DNA from: an uncultured Anaerolineales bacterium | GTDB lineage: Bacteria > Chloroflexota > Anaerolineae > B4-G1 | NCBI GenBank assembly: GCA_964653285.1 | Contig: CAZZEX010000003.1 | Span: forward strand, 1,195 to 65,194 | Direction of reading: 5' to 3' | DNA: 64,000 nt | Shown: positions 32,807 to 42,116 of the stretch, piece after piece | How the letters are laid out: every line of letters begins with the position of its first letter | How positions within the stretch are numbered: position 1 is the stretch's first letter | Program-made: the position numbers and the translations under genes | The notes under the pieces: model-generated | Told to the model about the DNA's origin: nothing | Databases searched by the model: none | The model's input: the letters and a program-made list of their open reading frames with translations, nothing else

Positions 32807-33139
32807 TCACTCCTCTTGGTGCGGGATAACACAGATAAACCGCAGCACCCCCGCCCCGGTGTTCCGGTAGCCATGGGGCTCGTCGGGGGGGATGTAGAGG
32901 GCGACGCCCAGTCGCATCGGAACCTCCCCCTCCGGCCCCTCCACCACCCCCTCTCCCTCCAGCACGAAGATCTCGTGCTCGTAAGGGTGCTGGTGGCGGG
33001 CAAAGACCGCTCCCGGCACAAATTCGATCACCCGCATGGCGAAGTTGGGCGCGCCTTCCGGCCGCCCGACGACCCAGCGGATAGTGATTCCCTCGCCAGC
33101 GGGCTCCACAGGAACTTCCCTATAATCCCGGCTCAGCAT
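32807..33139 (-). CDS. Cupin domain protein
   Basis: HQHPYEHEIFVLEG...EPHGY. Confidence 0.88.
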   Translation of the reverse strand: MLSRDYREVPVEPAGEGITIRWVVGRPEGAPNFAMRVIEFVPGAVFARHQHPYEHEIFVLEGEGVVEGPEGEVPMRLGVALYIPPDEPHGYRNTGAGVLRFICVIPHQEE

Positions 33140-33183
33140 ATCTACCTCCCATGCGTTCGCTCGAGTTGCAGGTTTCAGACCCC

Positions 33184-34182
33184 TCACCCCCCAACCTGGG
33201 GATACTCCTCCAGGAACTTCTCCGCCTCCATCACCGTAACCGCACCGGTGCCGGCCGCGACCACCACCTGGCGATAGAGGGGGTCCTGCACGTCACCAGC
33301 CGCGAAGACCCCCGGCACGTTGGTGTGCTGACGCCGGTCCGAGACGATGTACCCCCGCTCGTCCAGTTCCAATTGGCCGGCGAATATCTTTGTCGTCGGC
33401 TCCAGGCCAGCGTAGATGAACACGCCATCGGTCTCAATGACCGAGGTCTCCCCAGTTTTCACGTTGCGCACCCGCACGCCGTTCACCGTCTGATCCCCCA
33501 AGACCTCCTCCACTACGGCATCCCACACGAAGCGGATTTTCGGGTTCGCAAAGGCCCGCTCCTGGTAGATCTTCGTCGCCCGCAATTGGTCGCGTCGGTG
33601 GATGATGATGACCTCGCGAGCAAACTTGGTGAGGAAGATCCCCTCGGAGATGGCGCTATCGCCCCCGCCGATCACCACGACCCTCTTGTCCTGATAGAAG
33701 AAGCCATCACAGGTGGCACAGACGGAGACGCCTCGCCCAAAGAACCTATCCTCACCAGGCACCCCCAAGCGGCGCTGGACGGCCCCGGTAGCGACGATCA
33801 CCATCCGAGCCTGATACACCGCCTTGTACGTACGGATGGTGAAGGGCCGGGCAGAAAAGTCTACCTCCGTCACGTCGTCCAGCTCGACCCGGGCACCGAA
33901 TCGCTCGGCCTGACTCTGAAAGCGCTGGGCCAGTTCTGGCCCGCTGATCCCCTCGGGGAAGCCGGGAAAGTTCTCGACGATGTCGGTGTTGGCCGGCTGC
34001 CCACCAGGGAGGGAACCAGCCAGCACCAGGGTTTTGAATCGGGCACGACCGGCATAGATGGCGGCGGTCAGCCCGGCCGGCCCCCCGCCAAGAATGATCA
34101 GATCGTAGACCTGATCCTTTTTCTCCGCATCCATACGTGGTTGTGCTTCCTGTTGATCTTGCGTCAGCCTGAAATCAAACAT
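33184..34182 (-). CDS. trxB: Thioredoxin-disulfide reductase
   Basis: GGGPAGLTAA, CATCDG, GGGDSA, FAAGD. Confidence 0.95.
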   Translation of the reverse strand: MFDFRLTQDQQEAQPRMDAEKKDQVYDLIILGGGPAGLTAAIYAGRARFKTLVLAGSLPGGQPANTDIVENFPGFPEGISGPELAQRFQSQAERFGARVELDDVTEVDFSARPFTIRTYKAVYQARMVIVATGAVQRRLGVPGEDRFFGRGVSVCATCDGFFYQDKRVVVIGGGDSAISEGIFLTKFAREVIIIHRRDQLRATKIYQERAFANPKIRFVWDAVVEEVLGDQTVNGVRVRNVKTGETSVIETDGVFIYAGLEPTTKIFAGQLELDERGYIVSDRRQHTNVPGVFAAGDVQDPLYRQVVVAAGTGAVTVMEAEKFLEEYPQVGG

Positions 34183-34201
34183 CCTGTTACACCTCAAAGT
34201 G

Positions 34202-34846
34202 TTACGCTTCCAACGCCTCCCACAGTTTCTCCATCACCATCGGCTCCGGCGCGGCTCCCTCAATGTGCACGGTCTCGTTGATCACCGTGCGCGGCACACC
34301 CATCACCTGGTACTTCATCGCCAGGTGCGGAAATTCCATCGCTTCCACCATGTCCGCCTGCACCATCGGGCTGGCGACGGCCATCTGGTGGGCCAGCACC
34401 ACGGCCCCAGGACAATAGGGGCAGGTGGGGGTGATGAAGACCTGCATGTGTACCGGCTCGGTCACCTTCGCCAGCGCCCGCATCCCCTCTTCACTCAGTT
34501 CCGGCTTCCCTGCCGCCACCATGCGGATGGCGTGCAGCAGGGAGGTGAACTCGTAACTAGATGGAATGCCATAGAAGCGCACGCCGTAATCCTCCGCGCC
34601 GGTGACGGCTATGGCCGGGATTTTGTCTATCCCCAACTCCTCGGCCTTCTCCTTGTCAGTGACTAAGTTATAGACCTCGGTCGTCAGTCGGTCGGAGAGG
34701 GCGGCGACTTCCTCGACCAGTTGCCGGGTCTCAGCACAGTACTCGCACTTAAATTCCTGGGTAAACATCGCCAGCCGCACTGGGCCAGCCAGGCCGGCCA
34801 GTTCCTGCTTGACCTGCTCTGCGATCTCTTTATTCAACAGAGGCAT
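34202..34846 (-). CDS. Protein disulfide oxidoreductase (PDO, two thioredoxin folds)
   Basis: CEYC and CPYC motifs. Confidence 0.88.
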   Translation of the reverse strand: MPLLNKEIAEQVKQELAGLAGPVRLAMFTQEFKCEYCAETRQLVEEVAALSDRLTTEVYNLVTDKEKAEELGIDKIPAIAVTGAEDYGVRFYGIPSSYEFTSLLHAIRMVAAGKPELSEEGMRALAKVTEPVHMQVFITPTCPYCPGAVVLAHQMAVASPMVQADMVEAMEFPHLAMKYQVMGVPRTVINETVHIEGAAPEPMVMEKLWEALEA

Positions 34847-34904
34847 CTTCTAACTCCTTTGTCTTGAAATTTGCAATCTGTAGCCTGCAACCTGCGATTT
34901 GCTT

Positions 34905-35168
34905 CTACGCCAGTCTCGACAGCGCCGTTGCCAGCGCGTCGGCGATCTCCTCAGACGAACTGCCCGATGCCACACATTCGGTGGCATAGACCCGCACCAG
35001 CGCGACGGTGGCCTGATGGGCAGCGGAGCGGATAGCAGCCAATTGCTGCAGGATTTCGTGGCAGTCACGGTCCTCCTCGATCATTCTCGCCACTCCTCGC
35101 GCCTGCCCCTCGATGCGTCGCACACGCCTCAGCAGATCGGCCTTGGCGGATAAATCAGTTAATTTCAC
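34905..35168 (-). CDS. CsoR/RcnR family metal-sensing repressor
   Basis: RVRRIEGQARGV..MIEE..DC.EILQQLAA. Confidence 0.88.
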   Translation of the reverse strand: MKLTDLSAKADLLRRVRRIEGQARGVARMIEEDRDCHEILQQLAAIRSAAHQATVALVRVYATECVASGSSSEEIADALATALSRLA

Positions 35169-35212
35169 CTTTCTCCCTATCGGAGGCTCACGGCCCCCTA
35201 ACGGCTCGTCCC

Positions 35213-35413
35213 TCAAACGGGGCCGGGACCGCAAGAGGTGGCGCTCGTCTGGCTGCCCCCGCCTGTCCCCCCAACGCCAAATAGCGAGATAGCCTTCTGC
35301 ACCCTTTGGCTCCCACACCTGGGACAGGTGGGAGTGGTCTGCCGGGCCGCCGAACGCACAAACAGTTCAAATATCTCTCCGCATTCGGCACAACGGTACT
35401 CGTAGATCGGCAT
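35213..35413 (-). CDS. FmdB family zinc-ribbon protein
   Basis: MPIYEYRCAECG...CPRCGS. Confidence 0.88.
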   Translation of the reverse strand: MPIYEYRCAECGEIFELFVRSAARQTTPTCPRCGSQRVQKAISLFGVGGTGGGSQTSATSCGPGPV

Positions 35414-35529
35414 ATTCCTACCTCCAAAATACTCTACTAGAGTACAGTATACCACAAAAACCGGGCTTGCCAAGTCGCCATGGGGATGAGGATACATCCC
35501 TATAAGCCCTGCGTATTCCGTTATCTCGC

Positions 35530-36567
35530 CTAAGCCAAAACCTGCGCAAAATCCGCCGGTGCCACTCCCGGGCTCTCCACCCCGTGCTCCTCGTAGAAAC
35601 TGGCGAGGGTCGCTTCCACATCCGCTTCGGACACCCCCACCAGCACTGTCTCCAGGTCGGCCAGTTTCTCCTCCGGGAAGAAGAAGAAATCGCCGGAGAG
35701 GGAAACGGCGGCGATGACGCCGTCCTGCACCTCGGTCGTGGCGCGGATGAGGCCGCCAGGTGCTTTGTACACCTTCTGCCTCACCTGTACGCCAGCGCGG
35801 ATGGTGATCTCACGACCGGCACGAGGCCGCCTCTTCTGATAGAGCCACTCGTCGCTGAGGAACTGCACCGCCAATTCGTCCGTTTTGGCGCGCCACTCCT
35901 CGTCCACCATCGTCTCCACCTCCATCGGCCCCAGCATCTCGACAAACTTATCAGCCATCAGCGACCACAACTCCTCTTTCGGCGGGACCTGCTTGATCTC
36001 CCGCTTGACGGTCGAGAGATTCTCGTAGATCGTCTTGTAGATCTTGTCGCGGAATTTCTCGTCGGGGACTTTCAGCACCCGGGCCATCATCTCGTAGTTG
36101 AAGTCCACGATCAGATTGCCGACCAGGACGTAGTAGTCGCCAATCTCCCCGGCCCCACAGCCGGAGACCTTGCGCTGATTGGCGACGATGTCGTTGACCT
36201 CCCGGTACTGGGCGGGAATGCCCAGCGCCCGGTAGGCCTCGATGGGAGCCTGCAGGAACTTGCGGTAGAAGGCTATTTTGCCAGCGGGGACGAGCGGATT
36301 GTCGCGACGGATGATCAACTGGAAGAAGAGTTGTTCGCCATCCAGGTAGGTCGCGCCGCCACCGACCTCCCGCCGGAAGACGGGGATGTCGTTCTTGCGG
36401 CAGAACTCCACGTCCACTTCCTGCTCCACGTCCTGGAAGTAGCCGATGCAGACGTAAGTCGTGGCAGGAGAGCAGAGGATCACCCCCTCGCGGCCCACGC
36501 GGGGCAGAGAGTGGTACAGAAGTTGCGAATCCTGCCACGGTACGGTGCCAAGACGGTAGAGTTTCAT
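35530..36567 (-). CDS. Lipoate-protein ligase family protein
   Basis: RREVGGGATY, NDI...KVSG, KAPGGLIR, GDFF. Confidence 0.88.
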   Translation of the reverse strand: MKLYRLGTVPWQDSQLLYHSLPRVGREGVILCSPATTYVCIGYFQDVEQEVDVEFCRKNDIPVFRREVGGGATYLDGEQLFFQLIIRRDNPLVPAGKIAFYRKFLQAPIEAYRALGIPAQYREVNDIVANQRKVSGCGAGEIGDYYVLVGNLIVDFNYEMMARVLKVPDEKFRDKIYKTIYENLSTVKREIKQVPPKEELWSLMADKFVEMLGPMEVETMVDEEWRAKTDELAVQFLSDEWLYQKRRPRAGREITIRAGVQVRQKVYKAPGGLIRATTEVQDGVIAAVSLSGDFFFFPEEKLADLETVLVGVSEADVEATLASFYEEHGVESPGVAPADFAQVLA

Positions 36568-36591
36568 TCGTGAGTCCCTCTTGCTGCCCTG

Positions 36592-37023
36592 CTAGCCCAG
36601 GATATCCTTGTACTTCTCCGCTTCCTCCTCAATGAAGGCTTTCATCTCTGGAGAGTCGGCCTTCATCAGGTTGTCCAGTTCGGCGGGGTCGGACATCTCA
36701 ATCTTGACCAGCCAGCCGTCCTCGTAGGAGGAATCGTTGACCAACGTGGGCTCCCACTCCAGTTCCTCATTAACCTCGGCGATCTTGCCACTGACCAGAG
36801 CGGCGACGCGCCCTACCCACTTGCCTGACTCCATGGACATGAAAGTCTGCCCCTGCTCGACTTCCCGTCCAGTGCGAGGCGCTTCGACGAAGACGATCTC
36901 CTGAGCGATCGCCTGGCCGAACTTGGACATACCCTGTGTGACGACGTCCCCCTCCACCCGGGCCCAACTATGAAGTTTATCGTAGTACAGGTCGTCAGGG
37001 AACTCATAACCGCTGATCTGCAT
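36592..37023 (-). CDS. gcvH: Glycine cleavage H-like lipoyl carrier protein
   Basis: MESGK lipoyl lysine; VN.S.YEDGWL. Confidence 0.85.
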   Translation of the reverse strand: MQISGYEFPDDLYYDKLHSWARVEGDVVTQGMSKFGQAIAQEIVFVEAPRTGREVEQGQTFMSMESGKWVGRVAALVSGKIAEVNEELEWEPTLVNDSSYEDGWLVKIEMSDPAELDNLMKADSPEMKAFIEEEAEKYKDILG

Positions 37024-37176
37024 TGTTGCACCTCCTAATTTATGTGCTCATCCTCGCAAGTCTTCCTCGCCCACCATCAAGGCGACGTCATTCCCTTCCA
37101 TTAAAAAGCGCCGTTGCGCGACGCAACGGTGCTCTCTCGATTGAATCACAACTTCTCCAACCGGTAACGTGGTCGC

Positions 37177-37449
37177 TCAGGCGGCACGTTCGATCTGATT
37201 CAAGCGCCGCATCAGGCGCGACTTACGCCGGGCGGCGTTATTCTTATGGATGATGCCCTTCTCAGCGGCACTATCCAGCGCGCTGACCGCCACGTGCACC
37301 GCCTCACGGGCTTCTTCAAGACGGCCCTCGTCCATCAAGCGCCGGGCCTTCTTGACGGCAGTACCAGCCCGCCCACGATGTATCCGATTGCGCAGTCGCC
37401 TGCGCTCCGCGCTACGGAGGCGCTTGATCGCTGACTTCGTATTGGCCAA
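37177..37449 (-). CDS. rpsT: 30S ribosomal protein S20
   Basis: MANTKSAIKR...KGIIHKNNAARRKSRL. Confidence 0.97.
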   Translation of the reverse strand: MANTKSAIKRLRSAERRRLRNRIHRGRAGTAVKKARRLMDEGRLEEAREAVHVAVSALDSAAEKGIIHKNNAARRKSRLMRRLNQIERAA

Positions 37450-37780
37450 TACTTGATCCCTCCAACTGATAGATTACAGTGGCCATTATTTTACAACAAC
37501 TCGGCCAATTTGTAAAGCCTGAGCATCTGGTCTATAATCAACTCGAAGTGACCGTTTGTCTACGCTACAACTACATCCGACTCAGGCCACCAAACTGGCC
37601 CCCGGCTGGGCCGAAGCGTGGTTCAACCGCACCATCGCCCACCAGACACAGGGCGATTAACGAGCACACCATCGCCGACTACGAGCGCTCCCTGCCACCA
37701 GGGCGCGACTTAAAGTGGCGCGGGGTCAGTCAGCAGTGGTCACAAGACCTGCGACCCGTTGACGAGGAGAGGACGGACAA

Positions 37781-38449
37781 ATGAGCGATTCTGAAGAAAC
37801 GCCCGCGAGCGGTGACTACGAAACACAGGTCGGCGACATCTCCGGCGCAGTGCACACCGGGCGCGGCGACATCATTCACATCGAGAAGGTGGAATTGGCA
37901 GCCACGCGCGCCGCGGATGCGCTACGACGCGCGCTCTCCACTGATGAAAAGACGCGCGATCAACTGCTGGAGGTACTCGAGCAGCTATCCACGCTCCAGG
38001 CCCAACTGGGGGAATGGAAGGAACTGCACCACATTCTGCACGAGCTACTGACCGCCTTCGCCCCTTTCTACGCTAGCCTGCTTGCCCTCGGCCACGCGGA
38101 AGTGGAACCGGCGGGGTGGCGGGCGTTGCTGCGAGGTTGGCGATCCTGTCAGACCGAAGTGGACCGGCTGATGGATTTTGAGAGCAGCGTGGAGTATATC
38201 CGGCTATCCCCCTGCCGCGAGGGAACCGCGGCCTCCCGGCCAGACTGGGGCGTACGCATCGCCTTGCTGCGGCGCGAGGTGGAGGATAGGCTGAGGGAGG
38301 AGAGGTGCAGCGCCGAGGGATTGGCTGACCTGGCCGACGAATTCAGTCGCACCTGCGACTGCTACCTCAGCCTCGCCGACCGGGAGTTGCGCCGGGCAGT
38401 TGAAAAAGTGCAGCGGTCGTACACGCATTTGATAGGGGGTCTGCTATGA
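37781..38449 (+). CDS. Hypothetical protein: N-terminal G.VHTG.GDI motif plus helical domain
   Basis: GAGGAG RBS; ATGA-coupled to next gene. Confidence 0.75.
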   Translation: MSDSEETPASGDYETQVGDISGAVHTGRGDIIHIEKVELAATRAADALRRALSTDEKTRDQLLEVLEQLSTLQAQLGEWKELHHILHELLTAFAPFYASLLALGHAEVEPAGWRALLRGWRSCQTEVDRLMDFESSVEYIRLSPCREGTAASRPDWGVRIALLRREVEDRLREERCSAEGLADLADEFSRTCDCYLSLADRELRRAVEKVQRSYTHLIGGLL

Positions 38450-39924
38450 GTGATCTTTTCGACACACTACAGGAACGGTACCAGACGCTGGTCGCCCGCA
38501 AGGAGAAGGGCGAGACGAGGAAAGAATTTCCGGAGGATGTGAGCGTCTTCATCGCCGACGCGCAGCGCGCCGGTGCAGCGATCGCTGACGTGAGCGAGCG
38601 CAGCCAACTGCGGGCCTGGATGCGCTTCCTGGCCAACATCCTGTACGACGCCACGGGCACCTATCCCGACACGTCGCTGCAACCGCTAGCCCATGGTCAA
38701 TTGATCGACTCCCGGCTAGAGCGCAGGGAAAAGCCGGCCCCGTTGTCGCCGCTTGCCTGGGCGCTCATCGGCGGAGCAGTGCTCGTCATCGTGGCCCTGT
38801 TCCTCACCGTGGCCCTTCGCTCGGAAGGCGAAGTGGCTACACCTTCACCGCTTCCTACAGCAACGTCCACCGTCGGTCCCGCTGTAGCGGCCCAGGCCGC
38901 GGTGGGGGAGAGGTTGACGGAAGAGGGCACCCTGGCACACTCCGGCGATACCTTCTGCCTGGGCATCTCTGAGATCATCGCCGAGTTCACGCTGGACGGG
39001 ATGCCGCCGGAGACGAAGTGGTACTGGGAGGTGCAGCGTGACGATGAAGTCGTGGCCACGCAGCCAGAGGTTCCCTGGGGACGGAGCGAGGGCCACGTCA
39101 CTGTGCCTGTCCTGCGAGGCGGCCCAGAGGGCGTGGAAGCGGGCGATTACCGCCTGCTGATCTACGCTGGTGGGGAGGTGGTAAGCACCATCCCCTTCCG
39201 CGTGCTGGAGACCCCACCGCGCATCTCCAACCTGCGGGTATCCGACGTGCCGGAGCCGGCGAGCGCAGCGAATGAGCCTTTCGCCCCTGGCGTGCGGGTA
39301 CTCTACCTGAGTTACGAGCACGAGGGGATGTGCCAGGGCCTGGAAGTCGTGCACTCCCTGTATTACGAGGGCGATTTGTTGCAGAAGCAGACCATCACCT
39401 GGAGCGACGCGCCCGAGGGGTCAGCACAAATCAGTTTCCAATCCCTGGCCGATGAGCCGTTCCTCTCCGGCGACTACGAGGCAGCGGTGACCGTAGCGGG
39501 CGAGGAGCAGGATCGCGTGGGGTTCACGATTCGGGAGGCGGGGGGAGAAACGGAAGCACCTCCTGCCTTTGGCAACGTCACCATCGCCCTGGGTATGCAA
39601 CCGGACGGCACGCCGATCCTCACTGCGCCGGATAACCGCTTCGATTGGAACACCAAGATTGTCTACGCCGCCTTCGACTACGCGGGCATGCGCGACGGGC
39701 TGGCGTGGATGGCGGTGTGGAACCGCAACGGCCAGCAGGTGGCGCGGGAGGAGCATTTCTGGGACGTGGAAACCGAGGGGACGGAGGGCCGGCACTGGGT
39801 AGCCTACTACGACGAGCGGGGACGGGTGCTCCCTGGCGGCACCTACAGCGTGACGCTCTGCATCGAGAACGTCGCGCAGCGCACGGCCGAGTTCAACATT
39901 CTCTATTATGCGTCACCAGAGTAG
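38446..39924 (+). CDS. Single-pass membrane protein with about three beta-rich (Ig-like) C-terminal domains
   Basis: Helical N-terminus, TM at ~aa 103-125, repeated W...G.Y...(L/V) units. Confidence 0.7.
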   Translation: MSDLFDTLQERYQTLVARKEKGETRKEFPEDVSVFIADAQRAGAAIADVSERSQLRAWMRFLANILYDATGTYPDTSLQPLAHGQLIDSRLERREKPAPLSPLAWALIGGAVLVIVALFLTVALRSEGEVATPSPLPTATSTVGPAVAAQAAVGERLTEEGTLAHSGDTFCLGISEIIAEFTLDGMPPETKWYWEVQRDDEVVATQPEVPWGRSEGHVTVPVLRGGPEGVEAGDYRLLIYAGGEVVSTIPFRVLETPPRISNLRVSDVPEPASAANEPFAPGVRVLYLSYEHEGMCQGLEVVHSLYYEGDLLQKQTITWSDAPEGSAQISFQSLADEPFLSGDYEAAVTVAGEEQDRVGFTIREAGGETEAPPAFGNVTIALGMQPDGTPILTAPDNRFDWNTKIVYAAFDYAGMRDGLAWMAVWNRNGQQVAREEHFWDVETEGTEGRHWVAYYDERGRVLPGGTYSVTLCIENVAQRTAEFNILYYASPE

Positions 39925-39933
39925 GGAGGAACG

Positions 39934-40380
39934 ATGACCAAGCGACGCACGGGCGATAGTTTCGAGACTCACATCGGGTCGGTGAGCGGGCCGGTGCACA
40001 CTGGCAAAGGCGACATCGTCATTGAGCGTTGGGATGCGCAAGGGACGACGGCGGCGGACCTGGAGGCGCTGCACGCTCTGTTCAGCAACCTGCGGGGGCG
40101 CGTGGCAGCCGAGGCCCCGCCCGAACTGGCAGAGGAGGCCCAGGTGCAGGTGGATACGCTAGAAAAGGCAACCACCGCTGAGGAACCCGACTTGAGCGCG
40201 ATGGAGCGGGTGCGGGATTGGTTCCTCCAGCACCTGCCCTCGGTCGCGGGAGCGGTGACCTCGCTGTTGGTCAACCCCATCCTGGGCAAAGTGATCGAGG
40301 CGGCCGGCGACCTGGCGGCCGGCGAACTCCGGCGGCGGTTTGGGCAGCAGGAGGAGACACCCCTTGACAGCCCCTGGTAG
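39934..40380 (+). CDS. Hypothetical protein: N-terminal G.VHTG.GDI motif plus amphipathic helical domain
   Basis: GGAGG RBS; shares motif with 37781 ORF. Confidence 0.75.
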   Translation: MTKRRTGDSFETHIGSVSGPVHTGKGDIVIERWDAQGTTAADLEALHALFSNLRGRVAAEAPPELAEEAQVQVDTLEKATTAEEPDLSAMERVRDWFLQHLPSVAGAVTSLLVNPILGKVIEAAGDLAAGELRRRFGQQEETPLDSPW

Positions 40381-40391
40381 TGTGTTATCAT
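40364..40391 (+). promoter_or_regulatory. rnpB promoter
   Basis: TTGACA-16-TATCAT just before P1 helix. Confidence 0.65.
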
Positions 40392-40397
40392 AAGATT

Positions 40398-40867
40398 GGC
40401 GCCTAGGTCGGCCAGGCGGTCGCGCCTCCCCCCCCTCATCCCCCCACCGGGGGGGGAAAGAGGTGGGGCACGAGGTGAGGAAAGTCCGGGCTCCACAGGG
40501 CACGGTGCTGGATAACACCCAGGCGGGGCGACCCGACGGAAAGGGGCCACAGAAACAGACCGCCGCCCTCTCCCCTCACCCCTCCCCCGGTGGGGGAGGG
40601 GAAGGGAGTGAGAGTGGTAAGGGTGAAAAGGTGGTGTAAGAGACCACCGGCGTCGCTGGTGACAGCGGCGGCCAGGCAACCCCCACCGGGAGCAAGGCCA
40701 AGCAGGGGCAAGACTGTTACCGTCGGGTCTGAGACCCGACGGATAACAGCGCGGGGCGGCCCGTCCCGTTCGAGCCTCGGGTAGGCCGCTAGAGGCGGCG
40801 GGCAACCGCCGTCCCAGATAGATGACCGCCCACGACAGAACCCGGCTTATCGGCCGACCTGGGCGCC
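40398..40867 (+). ncRNA. rnpB: RNase P RNA (type A), ~470 nt
   Basis: GAGGAAAGTCCGGGCTCC, CCACAGAAA, GGGTGAAAAGGTGGTGTAAGAG, ACAGAACCCGGCTTA; P1 pairs 40398-40413 with 40852-40867. Confidence 0.97.
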
Positions 40868-40905
40868 AGGTAGGGGTGCGGTCACCACACCCATAACAGA
40901 ATTCA

Positions 40906-41054
40906 CGCAATAGCGCAAAACTCACCCTGTCACCCTGAGCGGCCTGCCCTGAGCGCAGTGAAGGGAAGCGAAGGGCCTCCACCAGAGCAGAGGGAGATTC
41001 TTCGCTACGCTCAGAATGACGGCTAGCCGTCAGGGCGACTTTTGCGACACTGCG
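40906..41054 (-). mobile_element. MITE/REP-like family A, full copy
   Basis: TIRs CGCAATAGCGCAAAA / TTTTGCGACACTGCG; core GTCATTCTGAGCGTAGCGAAGAATCT; flanked by GAATTCAC and GAATTCGC. Confidence 0.7.
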
Positions 41055-41094
41055 AATTCGCGCTAGAATTGTAGTGTAACTGGAAAGCAGTTTG

Positions 41095-41343
41095 ATGGAG
41101 GGTGCTCTGACGACGGTTTACCAGTTCACAGTTGTCATAGAACCAGACGAGGACGCATTTCACGCCTACGTCCCGGCCTTGCCCGGTTGCCACACTTTTG
41201 GAGCCACCGTCGAGGAAGCACGAAGCAACATCGCAGAAGCCATAGCACTACACATTGAATGCATGCAGGAGGATGAGGAAGCCATCCCCGTTGAACGCGA
41301 ACCCCTGTTTATCACTCGCCTGTCCGTGCCGGTGGCAGCATGA
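41095..41343 (+). CDS. hicB: HicB family antitoxin
   Basis: VVIEPDE..FHAYVPALPGCHTFGATVEEA..NI.EAI. Confidence 0.88.
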   Translation: MEGALTTVYQFTVVIEPDEDAFHAYVPALPGCHTFGATVEEARSNIAEAIALHIECMQEDEEAIPVEREPLFITRLSVPVAA

Positions 41344-41375
41344 GCCCCAAACTTCCACGAGTTGATTGCCGTCAA
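41340..41375 (+). pseudogene. hicA: HicA toxin 5' stub (12 codons) in frame with next gene
   Basis: MSPKLPRVDCRQ is a typical HicA N-terminus, ATGA-coupled to hicB. Confidence 0.55.
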
Positions 41376-42116
41376 ATGTCCAGCGCGGTTTCCACCCTGC
41401 AAGACTTCCCCTGGGATGAGAGCATCCAGGCCGTCAAAGACAGCCTGCGCTTCGACTCGTACCCAGCCTTCGCGGAGCACGTCTTCAGCACGCTACCCCA
41501 GAACTCCCCCCAGACCCGCCGCCGCTACACCAACCTGATCGGCCGTTGGTTCTTCCCTGACCGCCAACTCCCCGGCCCGGCCGGCCGGGTGTGGGCCGCC
41601 TACGGGGACGAGAAGGTACTCCGCGACGTGATGCGTGTCTGTGTACTCTCCCAGGAGCCAGTCGTCGCCGCGTTCATCGAGCGGTTTATCCGGCCCGCAC
41701 CGCCGGGCGCCGAGTTGCAAGGAAACGTGTTCCGAACGTACATCAAGGAGACCTACGGCGAGTTCAAGCGCCAATCACACCAGCGCCTCACCCGCACACT
41801 GCGCGAACTGGGCTTTATCGTCAGGATTGGGCAGACCTGGTTCACACAAGCCCTCATTCCCCGCCCCGCTACCGCCTTCCTGATCCTGCTCCACGAGCGG
41901 TTCGCCCCCACCCCTCGCATCGTCTCGCTGGCCCGGATTCTGGCCGACCCGCTGTGGTGGCAGGTGGGCTACCACGCCCCGGCCGAAGTGCGGGAAACGT
42001 TACACGACGCGGCTGCCGGCGGCCTGATTGCCCGTTTTGTCGCCGTGGATCAGTTGGAGCAGGTCACCACCCGCTACACGTTGGACGAGTGGCTGGCCCG
42101 GAGGCTGCGGCTATGA
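41376..42116 (+). CDS. BrxA-like putative DNA-binding protein
   Basis: 246 aa, helical/wHTH character, QNSPQTRRR; first gene of BREX-like operon (mostly positional call). Confidence 0.5.
   Translation: MSSAVSTLQDFPWDESIQAVKDSLRFDSYPAFAEHVFSTLPQNSPQTRRRYTNLIGRWFFPDRQLPGPAGRVWAAYGDEKVLRDVMRVCVLSQEPVVAAFIERFIRPAPPGAELQGNVFRTYIKETYGEFKRQSHQRLTRTLRELGFIVRIGQTWFTQALIPRPATAFLILLHERFAPTPRIVSLARILADPLWWQVGYHAPAEVRETLHDAAAGGLIARFVAVDQLEQVTTRYTLDEWLARRLRL

Noticed and set aside
35198-35215. Selenocysteine read-through at the FmdB TGA
   Set aside because: Read-through adds only four residues, the codon is not in a CxxU context, and no convincing SECIS is visible.
37479-37784. 101-aa ORF before the three-gene locus
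   Set aside because: No RBS or motif; overlaps the divergent promoter region of rpsT.
39969-40982. 337-aa minus-strand ORF and other ORFs over rnpB
   Set aside because: Antisense to the RNase P RNA and repeats; spurious.
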